A stretch of DNA of 64,000 nucleotides from Octopus sinensis (taxonomy: Eukaryota). The stretch's first letter is position 1, and each line of letters starts with the position of its first letter. Of this stretch, positions 1 through 11,173 are shown one piece after another. The stretch is from NCBI RefSeq assembly GCF_006345805.1, contig NC_043002.1, positions 40,238,001 through 40,302,000 on the forward strand, written 5' to 3'. Both the position numbers and the translations under genes were made by a program. Below the pieces are notes generated by a model, which did no database searches, was not told the origin of the DNA, and worked only from the letters and a program-made list of their open reading frames with translations.

Positions 1-122
1 CACATGGTTCCACGTTCAGTCCCACTTCATGACACTTGAGCAAGTGTCTTCCATTATAGCCTCAAGCCAACTTAAGCCTTGTGAGTGGATTTGGTAGACA
101 GAAACTGAAAGAAGCTCATCGT
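1..122 (+). mobile_element. tRNA-derived SINE, family A, head/body half (cut by window edge)
   Basis: GGTTC..GTTCAGTCCCACT box-B-like head followed by the conserved body CTTGRGCAAGTGTCTTC...GCCTTGTGAGTGGATTTGGTAGAC.GAAACTGAAAGAAGC; same sequence as the full copy at 21967-22409. Confidence 0.8.
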
Positions 123-127
123 ATATG

Positions 128-262
128 TGAGATTAAACAGCCGAAATTACTAAGATGATCCGGTTCCCGCTGAAGATTAGAGGCTTCGAGTGACCCGTCT
201 GTTTTTTTGTGTCGTCTCTTTGTGTGTTTTTGCGTTCTTGTCCCACTTTGTAATTTATATTT
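128..262 (+). repeat. Dispersed ~140-bp element (family X), copy 1
   Basis: Clearly homologous to 21775-21930 (GATTAA.CAGC.GAAATT...ATCCGGTTC...CTGAAGATTAGAGGCTTCGA.TGACCCGTC...TTTGCGTTCTTGTCCCA.TTTGTA); both copies abut (TA)n. Confidence 0.7.
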
Positions 263-288
263 TATATTTAATTTCTATACATATATAT

Positions 289-322
<34 letters not shown>

Positions 323-327
323 CATAT

Positions 328-421
328 TAGAGAGAAACCACTATGTGGACACCCTTATGCTAGAAATAGATTCGTTATGGTCTTACCACTAATAATATCT
401 AATTTCTCACCCTCATTTTAA

Positions 422-430
<9 letters not shown>
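328..430. repeat. Terminal fragment related to the 536-bp hammerhead repeat
   Basis: TAGAGAGAAACCACTAT resembles 28906-28924 (TAGAGATAAAACCACTAT), and TATCTAATTTCTCACCCTCATT resembles TATCTAATTCTCTCACCCTTATT at 28850-28872; bounded by (TA)n on both sides. Confidence 0.5.
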
Positions 431-490
<60 letters not shown>

Positions 491-494
491 CATC

Positions 495-690
495 TATGTG
501 TGTGTGTCTTCGTGTCTGTGTTTGTTCCCTCACCACTACTTGACAACTGGTGTTGGTGTGTTTACATTCCTGTAACTTAGTGGTTCAGCAAAAAGAGACC
601 ACTAGAATAAGTACCAGGCTTAACAAAAAATTTCTTCAAGGTGGTACCCCAGCATGGCTGCAGTCTAATGACTAAAACAAGAAAAGGTAA
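495..690 (+). mobile_element. SINE family A, 3' half
   Basis: GTGTCTGTGTTTGT..CC...CTTGACAAC..GTG.TGGTGTGTTTAC...AGAGACC...GAATAAGTAC...GGTG..CCAGCATGGC.GCAGTC.AATGACT.AAACAAG tail, as at 22200-22409. Confidence 0.75.
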
Positions 691-1859
691 AAGATTAAAA
701 AAATAATTATGGAAAGGCTCTCTTGTTGGTTTATTGGGCTTATGAATTTATACATCTGGTATACAGCCTGTAAGTTCACATTGCCCTGTTACATGATTGT
801 GCTTCGTTCCATCACCCTATTCATCCAACATAACCAACCACCTACAACTTGTTATCAAATACATGTTTTAAACATGTATTTGTAAGATTGATAGCTTAGA
901 TGTCCACTCTTATCTCTGATATTTCAGAAACTAATGAAGATCTGGAGTGAAAATCTTTTTAGAATTTATAACAAAACTAAGTACATTTTTTCCCTTTTTT
1001 TTCTTTTTATTTTAATTTTTGGATATTAAGTTCACAGCCCAGCTCTATTGAAGAAGTCATGTGTTAACTGGTTCACAAGTTGTATGAGAAAATAAAAATC
1101 AATTATATGAAGAGTAAAATTCAATAGATATGTGATTACACAATATACATATGTATATTAACATAACAATATCATTTCTTCCTGTTGACATAAAATACAT
1201 TAAAAAAAATTACTATATATGAAGAGAAAAACTTCCTCTTAATTTTCATATGTTAACTTATTGGTTAATATTGGGTAAAACATTTCTTTCAATTCTACAA
1301 CTAAGTAGGAATGGGAAGCACATTAAAACATCAAATCTAGTGAACTTATTTCCATTTTTGAGATATTTAAACCCATTTTATTGATATGTTAAATCAATAT
1401 CTTACTGAAGATATAAAGAAGAGACATATTGCACAGCTGAAGTTAGAGGTATGAACTAAATTCAGGAAATATCTTAATTTAGAGGAGGTTTTAATTTTTA
1501 ACACATGAACTTTTCATTATTGTAACAAGACAGCAATTATTGATTTTTCATTTGGAGTGCAATGGTACAATATTGTTAAATACAGCTTTGACTCTGAATT
1601 GATTTGCATTTTAAATAGATTACTTATTATATTAATAGCTTTGAGAAACCTTAAACAGCATAACTTTTCACTCATAATTGTAAGGCTTAGTTCTTAGTAA
1701 CTGTTTTTACTGTTTGCATTCATGGCTACAATTGGAGTGGGAGTGAAGGATTAGAATAATATTTTATTCCTCTCAGCCTTTAATCTGAACAGAAGGATCA
1801 GTACTCATAGAAAGGGAAAGTTGGGATTAATGCAATAATTATTCAATGATTTGGTCAAG

Positions 1860-2700
1860 TGGAAGGGGCTATAACCATGTCTTTTTCGAATCCTCTAAAA
1901 CTGGAAATATCAATGTAGTTGATGTTCTTGAACAATAAAAAATTGATGGCTGCAGAAAAAAAATGAACAAGGTATGAATTACATAGAGTTGACATTCTGT
2001 GGAAGAAAGTCTAGGAAAAATCATCAAAGTAAGGCCTAAGGGTGGAAGGGCAATATTATTGATATGTGGAAGTGACATGAGACCAACTGACTTATGAGAA
2101 CCAAAGTTTACTGTAATAAGAATAGAAGAAACAAAGTGAAGAGACAATGTGTTTGCAGATCAAATAGTGGTGACTTCATACCAAATAGCCTTTTTGGGGT
2201 TGCAGTCTAGGATATTTGTATGCATAATAAAGTCATCCCCTCCCAGATGTGGGAGTAGTAATCCATTGTAAGTCTCTTAACAATTGAAGAAGGCCAATCT
2301 CAGTGACACTACCTTTACTCTGCTGAATATATGAGATTGCTAGTGGTTGTAACAATTTTGTATTTTGGTTGCATTGTCAAGTTCAGACAAGAGAAGTAAC
2401 TGTGTCACTATGTTGTTAAAGGAGACATGATTGCCATAACAAAATTGAAAGCAGTGCAAGTTTGGCATGAGATGATAGGGTTGTGTGTGGATGATGCTTG
2501 AGTACAGAAGATTAGAAATGCATGAAGGGATGGTATCATCCACACAGGAATGAGTGTTGCTTGCAATGATGACAAGTGGGTCATTAATGAATATGAAGAA
2601 AGTAGGCAACAAAAGTGAACCTTAAGGCGTGCTAGAGTTGATATAGTATTCATCATAAAAAGAAAAAGAGATCTCCATCAGAACACACTGTTACAGTGCC
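1860..2700 (-). mobile_element. Old degenerate L2/CR1-group LINE, ORF2 C-terminal region
   Basis: Broken minus-strand frames give YYSHIWEG, KKAI and SSLCFFYSYY, resembling the YCSHIWGG..QKKAIRLI..VASLSLFYRYY C-terminus of this group; many stops. Confidence 0.5.
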
Positions 2701-3159
2701 ATCTGACAGGAAACCATCAGTCCAAGAGATAGGAGATGGATGGAACCTATAGGTGAACAATTTAGTTAGAAGATTCACATGGGTGAGACATGATGGAACG
2801 CTTTGCTAATGTTAAGTGCAACAGCATTGTTTACAACTAATTTCTCCTCAAGAGTGAGAAAACACCAATGCATTACATAATGGGGTGGGTCACAAACATT
2901 TGATACAAGGTATTAGAAATGGTCTCCATGGTTTCTGAAATAGTAGAAGTGAGAGCACTAGGGTCAAAAAGGTTGTCCTTCTTAGGATTGAGACTCTGAA
3001 GCAATTTACCAAAGACTGAGATAGATCCTTGTAAATATGCAGGGTTAAAATCCAAGCTGTGTCCTATTGAAGCATATCTGCTTATTTTAGTATTCCAAAT
3101 CCATATTCTTTTACTCGTTTCGGCCATGCAGCTGCAGTCATGCTGGAACACCACCGTGA

Positions 3160-3343
3160 TATCATCATCATCATCATCATCGTTTAACGTCCGTTCTCCA
3201 TGCTAGCATGGGTTGGACGGTTCGACTGGGGATCTGGGAAGCCAGAAGGCTGCACCAGGCTCCAGTCTTATCTGGCAGTGTTTCTACAGCTGGATGCCCT
3301 TCCTAACGCCAACCACTCCGTGAGTGTAGTGGGTGCTTTTTAC

Positions 3344-3374
<31 letters not shown>

Positions 3375-5833
3375 ATCATCATCATCATCATCGTCGTCGT
3401 TTAACGTCCGTTCTCCATGCTAGCATGGGTTGGACGGTTCGACCGGGGATCTGGGAAGCCAGAAGGCTGCACCAGGCTCCAGTCTTATCTGGCAGTGTTT
3501 CTACAGCTGGATGCCCTTCCTAACGCCAACCACTCCGTGAGTGTAGTGGGTGCTTTTTACGTGCCACCTGCACAGGTGCCAGGCGAGGCTGGCAACGGCC
3601 ACGGTCGGATTGGTGTATTTTATGTGCCACCGGCACGGAAGCCAGACGAGGTGGTGCTGGCATCAGCCACGAGTCGGATGGTGCTTTTTACGTACCACCA
3701 GACCAGGGATCCTGGCTGGTTCAATTCGATTTCGATTTCGCTTGCCCCAACATGTCTTCGCAAGCAAGGGGGTTGGCATGGGTGCCTGTTGTACGGTCAG
3801 ATTGGTGTATTTTATGTGCCACCGGCACGGAAGCCAGTGGAGGCGGCACTGGCATCGGCCACGAGTCGGATAGTGCTTTTTACGTACCACCAGACCAGGG
3901 AACCTGGCTGGTTCGATTCGATTTCGCTTGCCCCAACATGTCTTCGCAAGCAAGGGGGTTGGCATGGGTGCCTGTCGTACGGTCAGATTGGTGTATTTTA
4001 CGTGCCACCGGCATAGAAGCCAGTGGAGGCGGCGCTGGCATCGGCCACAAGTCGGATAGTGCTTTTTACGTACCACCAGACCAGGGATCCTGGCTGGTTC
4101 AATTCGATTTTGACTTCGATTTCGATTTCGCTTGCCCCAACATGTCTTCGCAAGCAAGGGGGGTTGGCATGGGTGCCTGTCGTCGGATGAGGTTCTATAT
4201 CGACTTCGCTTGCCTCAACAGGTCTTTGTGTCCAAGGGAGGAAAGGCATTCATAAGTGGGCTGGGCTCACTTGTCCTGCCTGGTCTTCTCACGTACAGAA
4301 TATTTCCAAAGGTCTCGGTCGCTGGTCATTTCCTCAGTGAGGCCTAAAGTTCGAAGGTCGTGCTTCACCACCTCGTCCCAGGTTTTCCTGGGTCTACCTC
4401 TTCCACGGGTTCCCTCAACTGCTAAGGATTGGCACTTTCTCACACACCTATCTTCATCCATTCTCGCCACATGACCATACCAGCGCAATCGTCTCTCTTG
4501 CACACCACAACTGATGCCTCTTAGGTACAACATTTCTCTCAAGGTGCTAACGCTCTGTCGAGTATGTACACTGACATTACACATCCATCGGAGCATACTG
4601 GCTTCATTCCTCACGAGTTTACGCATATCCTCGGCAGTCACGGCCCATGTTTCACTGCCATGTAGCATGGCTGTTCGTACACACGCATCATACAGTCTGC
4701 CTTTTACTCTGAGCGAGAGGCCTTTAGTCACCAGCAGAGGTAAGAGCTCCCTAAACTTTGCCCAGGCTTTTCTTATTCTAGCAGTTACACTTTCAGCGCA
4801 CCCACCCCCACTACTGACTTGGTCACCTAGATAACGGAAGCTATCAACTACTTCTAGTTTTTCCCCTTGGAAAGTGACTGAAGTTATTTTCTGCAGATTT
4901 TCGGAGGTTAATGCTCCTGAGCATCTGCCACATACAAAAACTATCTTCCCAGTTACCTTTGACATTGCTGCACCTCTTATGTGTCCATAGCTTACACTGG
5001 GTACATCTTATAGAGTTTCTACCTACACCTTTTCTACAGATCGAGCAGGGCCATCTTCCTGAAGACATTTGTGGATTGTCTACCTTCCTACTTATTAGTA
5101 CTTTGGTTTTAGCTAGGTTGACTCTAAGGCCCCTCGATTCTAAACCCTCCTTCCACACCTGGAACTTCTCCTCCAGCTCTGATAGTGACTCAGCAATAAG
5201 AGCAAGGTCGTCAGCGTAGAGGAGCTCCCAGGGACAACCTGTCTTGAATTCCTCCGTAATTGCCTGTAGGACTATGATAAATAGGAGGGGGCTGAGTACT
5301 GAGCCCTGGTGGACCCCAACCTCTACTTTGAATTCTTCTGTGTACATGTTGCTAACCCTAACCTTACTTACGGCATCTCTGTACATGGCTTGCACAGTCC
5401 TCACCAGCCATTCATCTATCCCTAGTTTCCTCATTGACCACCAGATAAGGGATCGGGGGACCCTATCAAAAGCTTTCTCCATGTCAACAAAAGCCAGGTA
5501 CAGGGGCTTATCTTTGGCTAGGTATTTCTCCTGCAGCTGCCTTACCAGGAATATAGCATCCGTGGTACTTTTCCCTTGCACGAACCCAAACTGCATCTCA
5601 TCTAAACTAACTCTCTCTCTAATTAGTTGGGCTATGACCCTCTCCGTAACCTTCATTACTTGATCCAACAGCTTGATACCTCTGTAATTATTTGTATCTA
5701 GGGCATCACCTTTACCTTTGTAGCAGTTGACTAGTATGCTGCTACACCAGTCATTGGGTATGACTCCTTCGTGTATCACCTGGTTGACTATACGGGTGAC
5801 TAGGTTATAGCCGACACTGCCAGATATTTTGAG
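3160..5833 (-). mobile_element. Young RTE-clade LINE, 5'-truncated, with tandem-repeat 3'UTR and duplicated (GAT)n tail
   Basis: RT ORF across 5833-4267, 3'UTR 4266-3373 with ~190-bp tandem units, (GAT)n tail, and a second 187-bp tail copy at 3160-3347; CpGs are retained. Confidence 0.95.
4267..5833 (-). pseudogene. RTE reverse transcriptase ORF (RT + PHD-like finger + C-terminus), one frameshift near 4960
   Basis: ORF track 4844..5779 has NYRGIKLL, QFGF, FVDMEKAFD, GVHQGSVLSPLLF and YADD; 4267..4965 has FRYLG, LHGSETW and RLRWYGHVAR..RGRGRPRKTW. A ~5-nt deletion relative to the copies at ~14985 and ~55395 explains the frame change. Confidence 0.93.
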
Positions 5834-6124
5834 CGTAGATGTTATATTTGTAATAGGAGATATCTTACATGTTCTCTACAACATATACATGTACAATTTT
5901 GTAACTCCTATTAGCAAATGAAACATGTGTAGCGGTGAATAAATATACCAAAATTTTTTTTCCAATCTCTTGTTTTGATGTGTGTGTGTTAACATTAGTT
6001 TTTAAGTGATAATAAAAAGGTTTACATTAAATTGAAAGATTACTCAATACATTTGTAGGGTACAAATTTATTATTCCTTAGCATGTGTGTATACCACACA
6101 GTTACACCTATACACACATGCACT

Positions 6125-6360
6125 CATGTGTGGCAAGCTGGCAGAAACGTTAGCACACCAGGCAAAATGCTTAGTGGCATTTCGTCTGCCGTTAGGCTCT
6201 GAGTTCAAATTCTGCCAAGGTCGACTTTGCCTTTCATCCTTTCGGGGTCGATAAATTAAGTACCAGTTACGCACTGGTGTCAATGTAATCAACTTAATCC
6301 CTTTGTCCTTGTTTGTCCTCTCTATGTGTAGCCCCTTGTGGGCAATAAAGAAATAAGAAG
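6125..6360 (+). mobile_element. tRNA-derived SINE family B, full length
   Basis: Box A-like GCTGGCAGAA.CGTTAGCAC, box B-like GAGTTCAAATTC, body AGGTCGACTTTGCCTTTCATCCTTTCGGGGTCGATAAATTAAGTACCAG; many copies in the window. Confidence 0.85.
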
Positions 6361-6450
6361 CTTGCTTCCCAACCACATGGTTCTGGGTTCAGTCCCACTG
6401 TGTGGCACCTTGGAGAAGTGTCTTCTACTATAGCCTCAGGCCAACCAAAA
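6360..6450 (+). mobile_element. SINE family A head fragment
   Basis: GCTTGCTTCCCAACCACATGGTTCTGGGTTCAGTCCCACTGTGTGGCACCTTGG..AAGTGTCTTCTACTATAGCC. Confidence 0.75.
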
Positions 6451-6481
6451 TTATATATATTATATAATTAATTAATTAATT

Positions 6482-6872
6482 AATTTCACTCAAAATAACT
6501 TTACTTAAAATAAATGGCACCATATATATATATATATTAAGTAAAGTTATTTTGAGCGAAATTAATTTTTAGCAAAGTCATTTGGAGCAAAGTTATTTTG
6601 AGCAAAACATTACAAGTGGGCAGTACTTTCAGTGAAGGTTATTTAAGCAAAATATATACTATTGTATATATTGCGATTGACATCAGCAATTGATGGGTAT
6701 CAACTTAAATGACCTTGATATTTTCCAAATCAGTTATTCGAAGTTATTAGAAGTATTTGTTGCTAACTTTTCATGGACATTATTGTTTCGAATTGTGGCA
6801 AAAACAAAATAGCCTAATGTCTTCACTCAAAATGACTTTGCTCAAGTTCACTTTGTTCAAACAACTGGACAC
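6482..6872. mobile_element. Non-autonomous fold-back/MITE-like element with subterminal short repeats
   Basis: Motif AGCAAAGTYATTTTG is repeated at 6540-6608 and inverted (CAAAATGACTTTGCT) at 6828-6860; a 27-bp inverted repeat 6482-6508 / 6537-6563 surrounds a TA tract. Confidence 0.55.
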
Positions 6873-7002
6873 AATATATGCTGACAGAGCTGGACACTCA
6901 TAGCTCAGCAGTTGATCTTAAAAGGAACTGCATGAAAACAAAATATATGCAGTCTGAAGATGTAGCACAAGGCTGAATAAAGATGGGAAGCAATGAAATT
7001 GA

Positions 7003-7145
7003 GGAGGTAGCTGGGTAGGGGGCGCTGGTTCACTCCGGGTGGCACTTTTAAAGAGGCCTGTAGGCAATATGTGTTTTTCATGGGGTCTGGAGTCAGCAAA
7101 TGGAAGGGCCACCCTAGGCAGCACACACTCTAGCTACGCTAGTGC
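7003..7145. mobile_element. Small GC-rich MITE-like element
   Basis: Imperfect terminal inverted repeats GGAGGTAGCTGGG ... CTAGCTACGCTAGTG around a GC-rich core in AT-rich surroundings. Confidence 0.45.
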
Positions 7146-7269
7146 GTAAAGGAGTACATCTGTTTGTGACACAAGGTGAATATGTGCCAAGAGATGGATG
7201 CTGAAATGTCACAGGGTGCGGGATGGAAGGCATTAACTTTAATAAAAAGATGTATTCAAAGAAAAGGTG

Positions 7270-7680
7270 GACAAAACCCTACATACTAGTCTCTTCAATG
7301 GCACCATTCTACCTGTGCTTTTACATGCATGTGAGATGTGGGCTATTATGAAGGAAGAACATCAATTGGCTACAATCCAAAAGGCCGCTCAGACTATCAA
7401 AATGAGAGCATATTTGAAATGAGATAAGTTGAGAACAGAGCAAAGTGGATGATGTGATCACAAAATACCAAAAGTACAAGTTTTGCTGGGTGGGACATGT
7501 TACAAGGCTCAGAGACAACAGGTGGACCCATGCAGTAACTGAATGTTATCTAAGAGAATGGAAAAAGCCATTTGGAAGGTCCCCATGAATATGGAAAGAT
7601 AGTTTACTTTAACAATTTGGACCAAGATGGAAAAGAAGGGAGCAATTAAGAAAGAACTGAAAGTGCATTGTGACCAGCAG
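7270..7680 (+). mobile_element. Degenerate RTE LINE C-terminal fragment (different subfamily)
   Basis: Broken frames ILPVLLHACEMWA..KFCWVGHVTRLRDNRWTHAVTE..KPFGRSP, typical of the RTE C-terminus. Confidence 0.65.
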
Positions 7681-7699
7681 TGTATAACAAAATCCCATA

Positions 7700-8295
7700 A
7701 CCTGTGTCATACCCAATGACTGGTGTAACAGTATCATTGTAAATTGCTACAAGGGCAAAGACAATACCTTGGATAGATTTAACTATAGTGGAATCAAGCT
7801 TCTAGATCAAGTTATGAAGGACACAGAGAAAGTTATAGCCCAATTGATCCATACTAAAGTAGACCTGGATGAGATGCAGCTTTGCTTTTCTCCCAGAAGA
7901 GGCACTACAGATGGAATCTTTCTAGTGATGCAACAACAGGAGAAATACTTGGCTAAAAATAAACAGCTACACCTGGCTTTCAGTGATTTGAGGAAGGCAT
8001 TTGAAGGGCACCACATTCAGTAACCTGATGCACACTGAGTAGATGAATGGTTTGTGGTGGGTAGCTCAAGTAATGTACAAGGGTCAGCAAGTAAAGTGAG
8101 AATTAGTAATGACTTCATCGATAAATTTAACAAGAAGTTAGGAGTCCATCAATGTTCAGTCCTCAGCCCTCTCCTCTTTATCATAGTCCTACAAGTCATT
8201 ATAGTGGAGTTTAAGACTGGCTGTCCATGGGAACTCCTATATATTGATAATTTAGTTCTCAGAGCTGAATCCATTGGGGAATTAAGGAACTGAGA
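7700..8295 (+). mobile_element. Degenerate RTE RT fragment
   Basis: ORF track 7769..8023 (NYSGIKLLDQVMK..FSDLRKAF) and 8054..8293 (GVHQCSVLSPLLF..ELLYIDNL); homologous to 4844..5779. Confidence 0.85.
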
Positions 8296-8369
8296 GGCTT
8301 AATGAGTAGGAATACAAAGCAGATATAAAATAATAATAATGAAATTCTATGTTTAATTTTTCCTACTAT

Positions 8370-8600
8370 CCCTTCCTTTTATATCAGTCACAAATTTTGG
8401 CCCAAGGCCAGTGATTTCAGGAGAGGGGGTAAGTCAATTACATCAACCTCAGTACTCAATTGGTGCATATTCTATCGAGCTGAAAGGATGAAAGGCAAAG
8501 TTGATCTCAGTAGCATTTGAACTCAGACCTTAGAAAGGATGAAATGCCACTAAGCATTTTGTCTGGCATGCTAACCATTCTGCCAGCTTGCTGCCTTATC
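8370..8600 (-). mobile_element. SINE family B
   Basis: Reverse complement of the 6125-6360 type head and body. Confidence 0.75.
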
Positions 8601-8602
8601 CC

Positions 8603-10233
8603 ATACTTTTATATCAATGATTCTCAAGTATTCAACTATGCCTCTCCTGGTCTTGATGGTGTTACATACCTGCTTCTCAAACGTGGTGGGTACTTTCTTC
8701 TGCACCAGCTTTCACTCTTCTTTCAGTTCTGTCTTAACAACGGTGCTATTCCGGAGCAGTGGAAAACTGCCAGTGTCATTCCTCTGTTCAAAAAGGGTGA
8801 CCACATGTCACCTGTCAACTATCATTCACTCAGTCTGACTGGCTACATTACCAAACTGATGGAATCCTGTGTCAGAGAAACACTCTGAAACTTCTGGAAT
8901 TCTCACAGACTTATCCAGCCCTCACAATTTGGATTTATCCGTAGTTCCAGCTGCTGTAACCAACTTATCAACTATCTTGAAGACATCATGTGGGTCACTG
9001 ATGGCAGCTCATGGGTGGATGTTGTTTACCTTGACTTTGCTAAAGCTTTTAAATCTGTGCCAAACAAAAGACTTATGGCAAAACTCTCTGCAATGGGTAT
9101 GAAAGATGATCTTTTTAACTGGTTGGAATCCTTCATTCTCAGCTAAAAAGAGGTAGTCATGATTTGTGGACAGCATTCTTCACCCTATGAGATGTCATCT
9201 GGTGTACCATAGGGATCTGTTCTTGGTCCCCTTTTGTTTGCTGCATACATTAATGACATAGATGCCAACTTGAAGAATGCCACAGTGCTGAAATATGTAG
9301 ATGACATCAAGCTGTACCTTGAGATAAAACAGATAGATCTTTCCTGCAATAAGACCTAGACACAACAATGGATCATGGACTGGCAACTCAAACTGGCTGT
9401 GGACAAGTGTACCACCATTCATTTTGGGAGGAAAAATCCAGCATCCACATACTCTCTCTACAACTCTAATATCAAGAAGTCTTCTTGTGAACATGATCTG
9501 GGTATTACTGTCAGCAGTAATTTGCGCTGGACAAAGCACATCTCTAAAATTGTCAAGAAGGCCAAATGTGTCTTGGCATAACTCAGCAAGACCTTTGTCA
9601 GTTGCTCTTCAGCTATCTATTAAAAGCTGTATATGGCTATGGTGCAGCCACACTTGGAATTTACATTACCAGTCTGGAACCCCTATCTTGCTCAGAACAT
9701 TGGCCTCCTGGAAACTGTTCAGACGTGCAACCATGTGAATATCCTCCATCAGGCATCTACCATACTCTGAATGCCTTGCTTCCTTGGGCATAGATACAGT
9801 GAAGCTCCAATACTGGCAACTGCCTTAGTAAACATCCACAAAATTATTAACATCATGCCAACAACCACATTGAACTCCTTTTTCAGCTCCTTGTGTCCAA
9901 CACACACGGGCATGCCTACAAAGTCAGCAAACAGCACAGCTCCCATGACTTTCGGAAATATTTTTTTCACACTCAGAGTTGCTGAAGCATGGAATAAACT
10001 ACTTGTATCAGTTGTTGGTTACTGAAACATTGCATCAGTCAAAACTGCCATGCTTCCTGAAATTCACCAACACTACACCTGATATTCCCACTCCATATGC
10101 ATGCACACATGTATATCATGACTCTTACACTATTCACTTTCCTGACTTTTGTACATAATTCTATGTACTGTACATGCACCTTTGATGAGTTGTGGTGCAC
10201 CTGAGCACTATACATAATAATTTCATTATTATT
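8603..10233 (+). mobile_element. CR1-clade LINE, 5'-truncated, frameshifted RT and 3'UTR
   Basis: SPGLDG, WKTASVIPLFKKGD, QFGF, VYLDFAKAF, SGVP*GSVLGPLLF, KYVDDIKL, KCTTIHFGRKN and DLGI motifs in broken frames; ends in a CATTATT-like tail. Confidence 0.9.
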
Positions 10234-10646
10234 AATCGCAAATTTGAAATTGCTATTCCTATTTTATGATCGGTACCTCTGATTTTCTATTTCAATCGCA
10301 AACTCTGTATGTGACACAAAGACAATTATCTCCATAAAATATATCCGAATAAATCAACTGACTTACTCTAGCCACGTGTCAACACAGAAATAAAATCTTT
10401 TCTGCCACAGATACAAGGCCTTCAATTTGGGGGAAGAAATTAATTGACCCTATAACTCAATTGGTACTTATTTCATCAACCCCGAGAAGATAGAAGGCAA
10501 AGTCGACTTCAACAGAATTTGAACTTATAACGTAAAAACTTTTAAGTAGAATTCTGAAATTTTAAGCTAGAAAATCATATCAATGGGAAGTAACATTTAA
10601 TGATGAGTGTCACCACCCAAGGGAGACTATCGCTAAAAGTGTAAAC

Positions 10647-10871
10647 ATGGCTTCACCACCGCATCATGACCGGACGACTAAATCACTGGAAGACGACGAT
10701 GAAGACGAATTAGACAGAGTTGAACTCATGTTAAAACGGGCTGGTTGCCTAGAACTTCATTATAAAGTACAGGAGTGCATGGGTGAGCATAATGACTGGC
10801 GCAAATGTCAACAAGCTTTGAAAGATTTTAAAGAATGTTTTAACGTAGCCAAAAAAGAGGACACCCAATGA
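10647..10871 (+). CDS. COA4: Cytochrome c oxidase assembly factor 4 homolog (CHCHD8), twin CX9C protein, 74 aa
   Basis: Acidic N-terminus (EDDDEDELD), then LKRAGCLELHYKVQECMGEHNDWRKCQQALKDFKEC with twin CX9C; parallels human COA4 (ISRSGCAASHFAVQECMAQHQDWRQCQPQVQAFKDC); start context AAACATGG, uninterrupted ORF. Confidence 0.92.
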   Translation: MASPPHHDRTTKSLEDDDEDELDRVELMLKRAGCLELHYKVQECMGEHNDWRKCQQALKDFKECFNVAKKEDTQ

Positions 10872-11167
10872 CGGGAATTTCCAGTTAGTATTTTGTAAGT
10901 ATGCAATTATATGATCTTAATCGTATCCGGTCATATACACGTATAGACACAAGCTGTGCTTGTACATGCGTATAAGTATCGGAAATTAAACTTCTTTTCT
11001 TCAGTAGTAATTAACGTATATTTATGCATTATCTTACAAATAGAAATCAGGACGCACATGTTAACTTATGTGACCTCTGTATCATTAAATCAAATTAAAC
11101 TTGTAATTCTGTTATATTTTACATGATTTGTTTTATAATTATAGTCGAACAGGCTAGAATAGATGGG

Positions 11168-11173
11168 AATAAA
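11168..11173 (+). terminator. Probable polyadenylation signal of COA4
   Basis: AATAAA ~300 nt after the stop, followed by T-rich sequence. Confidence 0.5.

Noticed and set aside
1038-1081. PALLKKSCVNWFTS, faintly like a dynein heavy chain motif
   Set aside because: Too short, with no neighbouring dynein exons
3417-4255. Overlapping 80-200 aa ORFs and a CRISPR-like repeat/spacer look in the RTE 3'UTR
   Set aside because: GC-rich tandem UTR of a LINE; units are degenerate, spacers are homologous to each other, there are no cas genes and the context is eukaryotic
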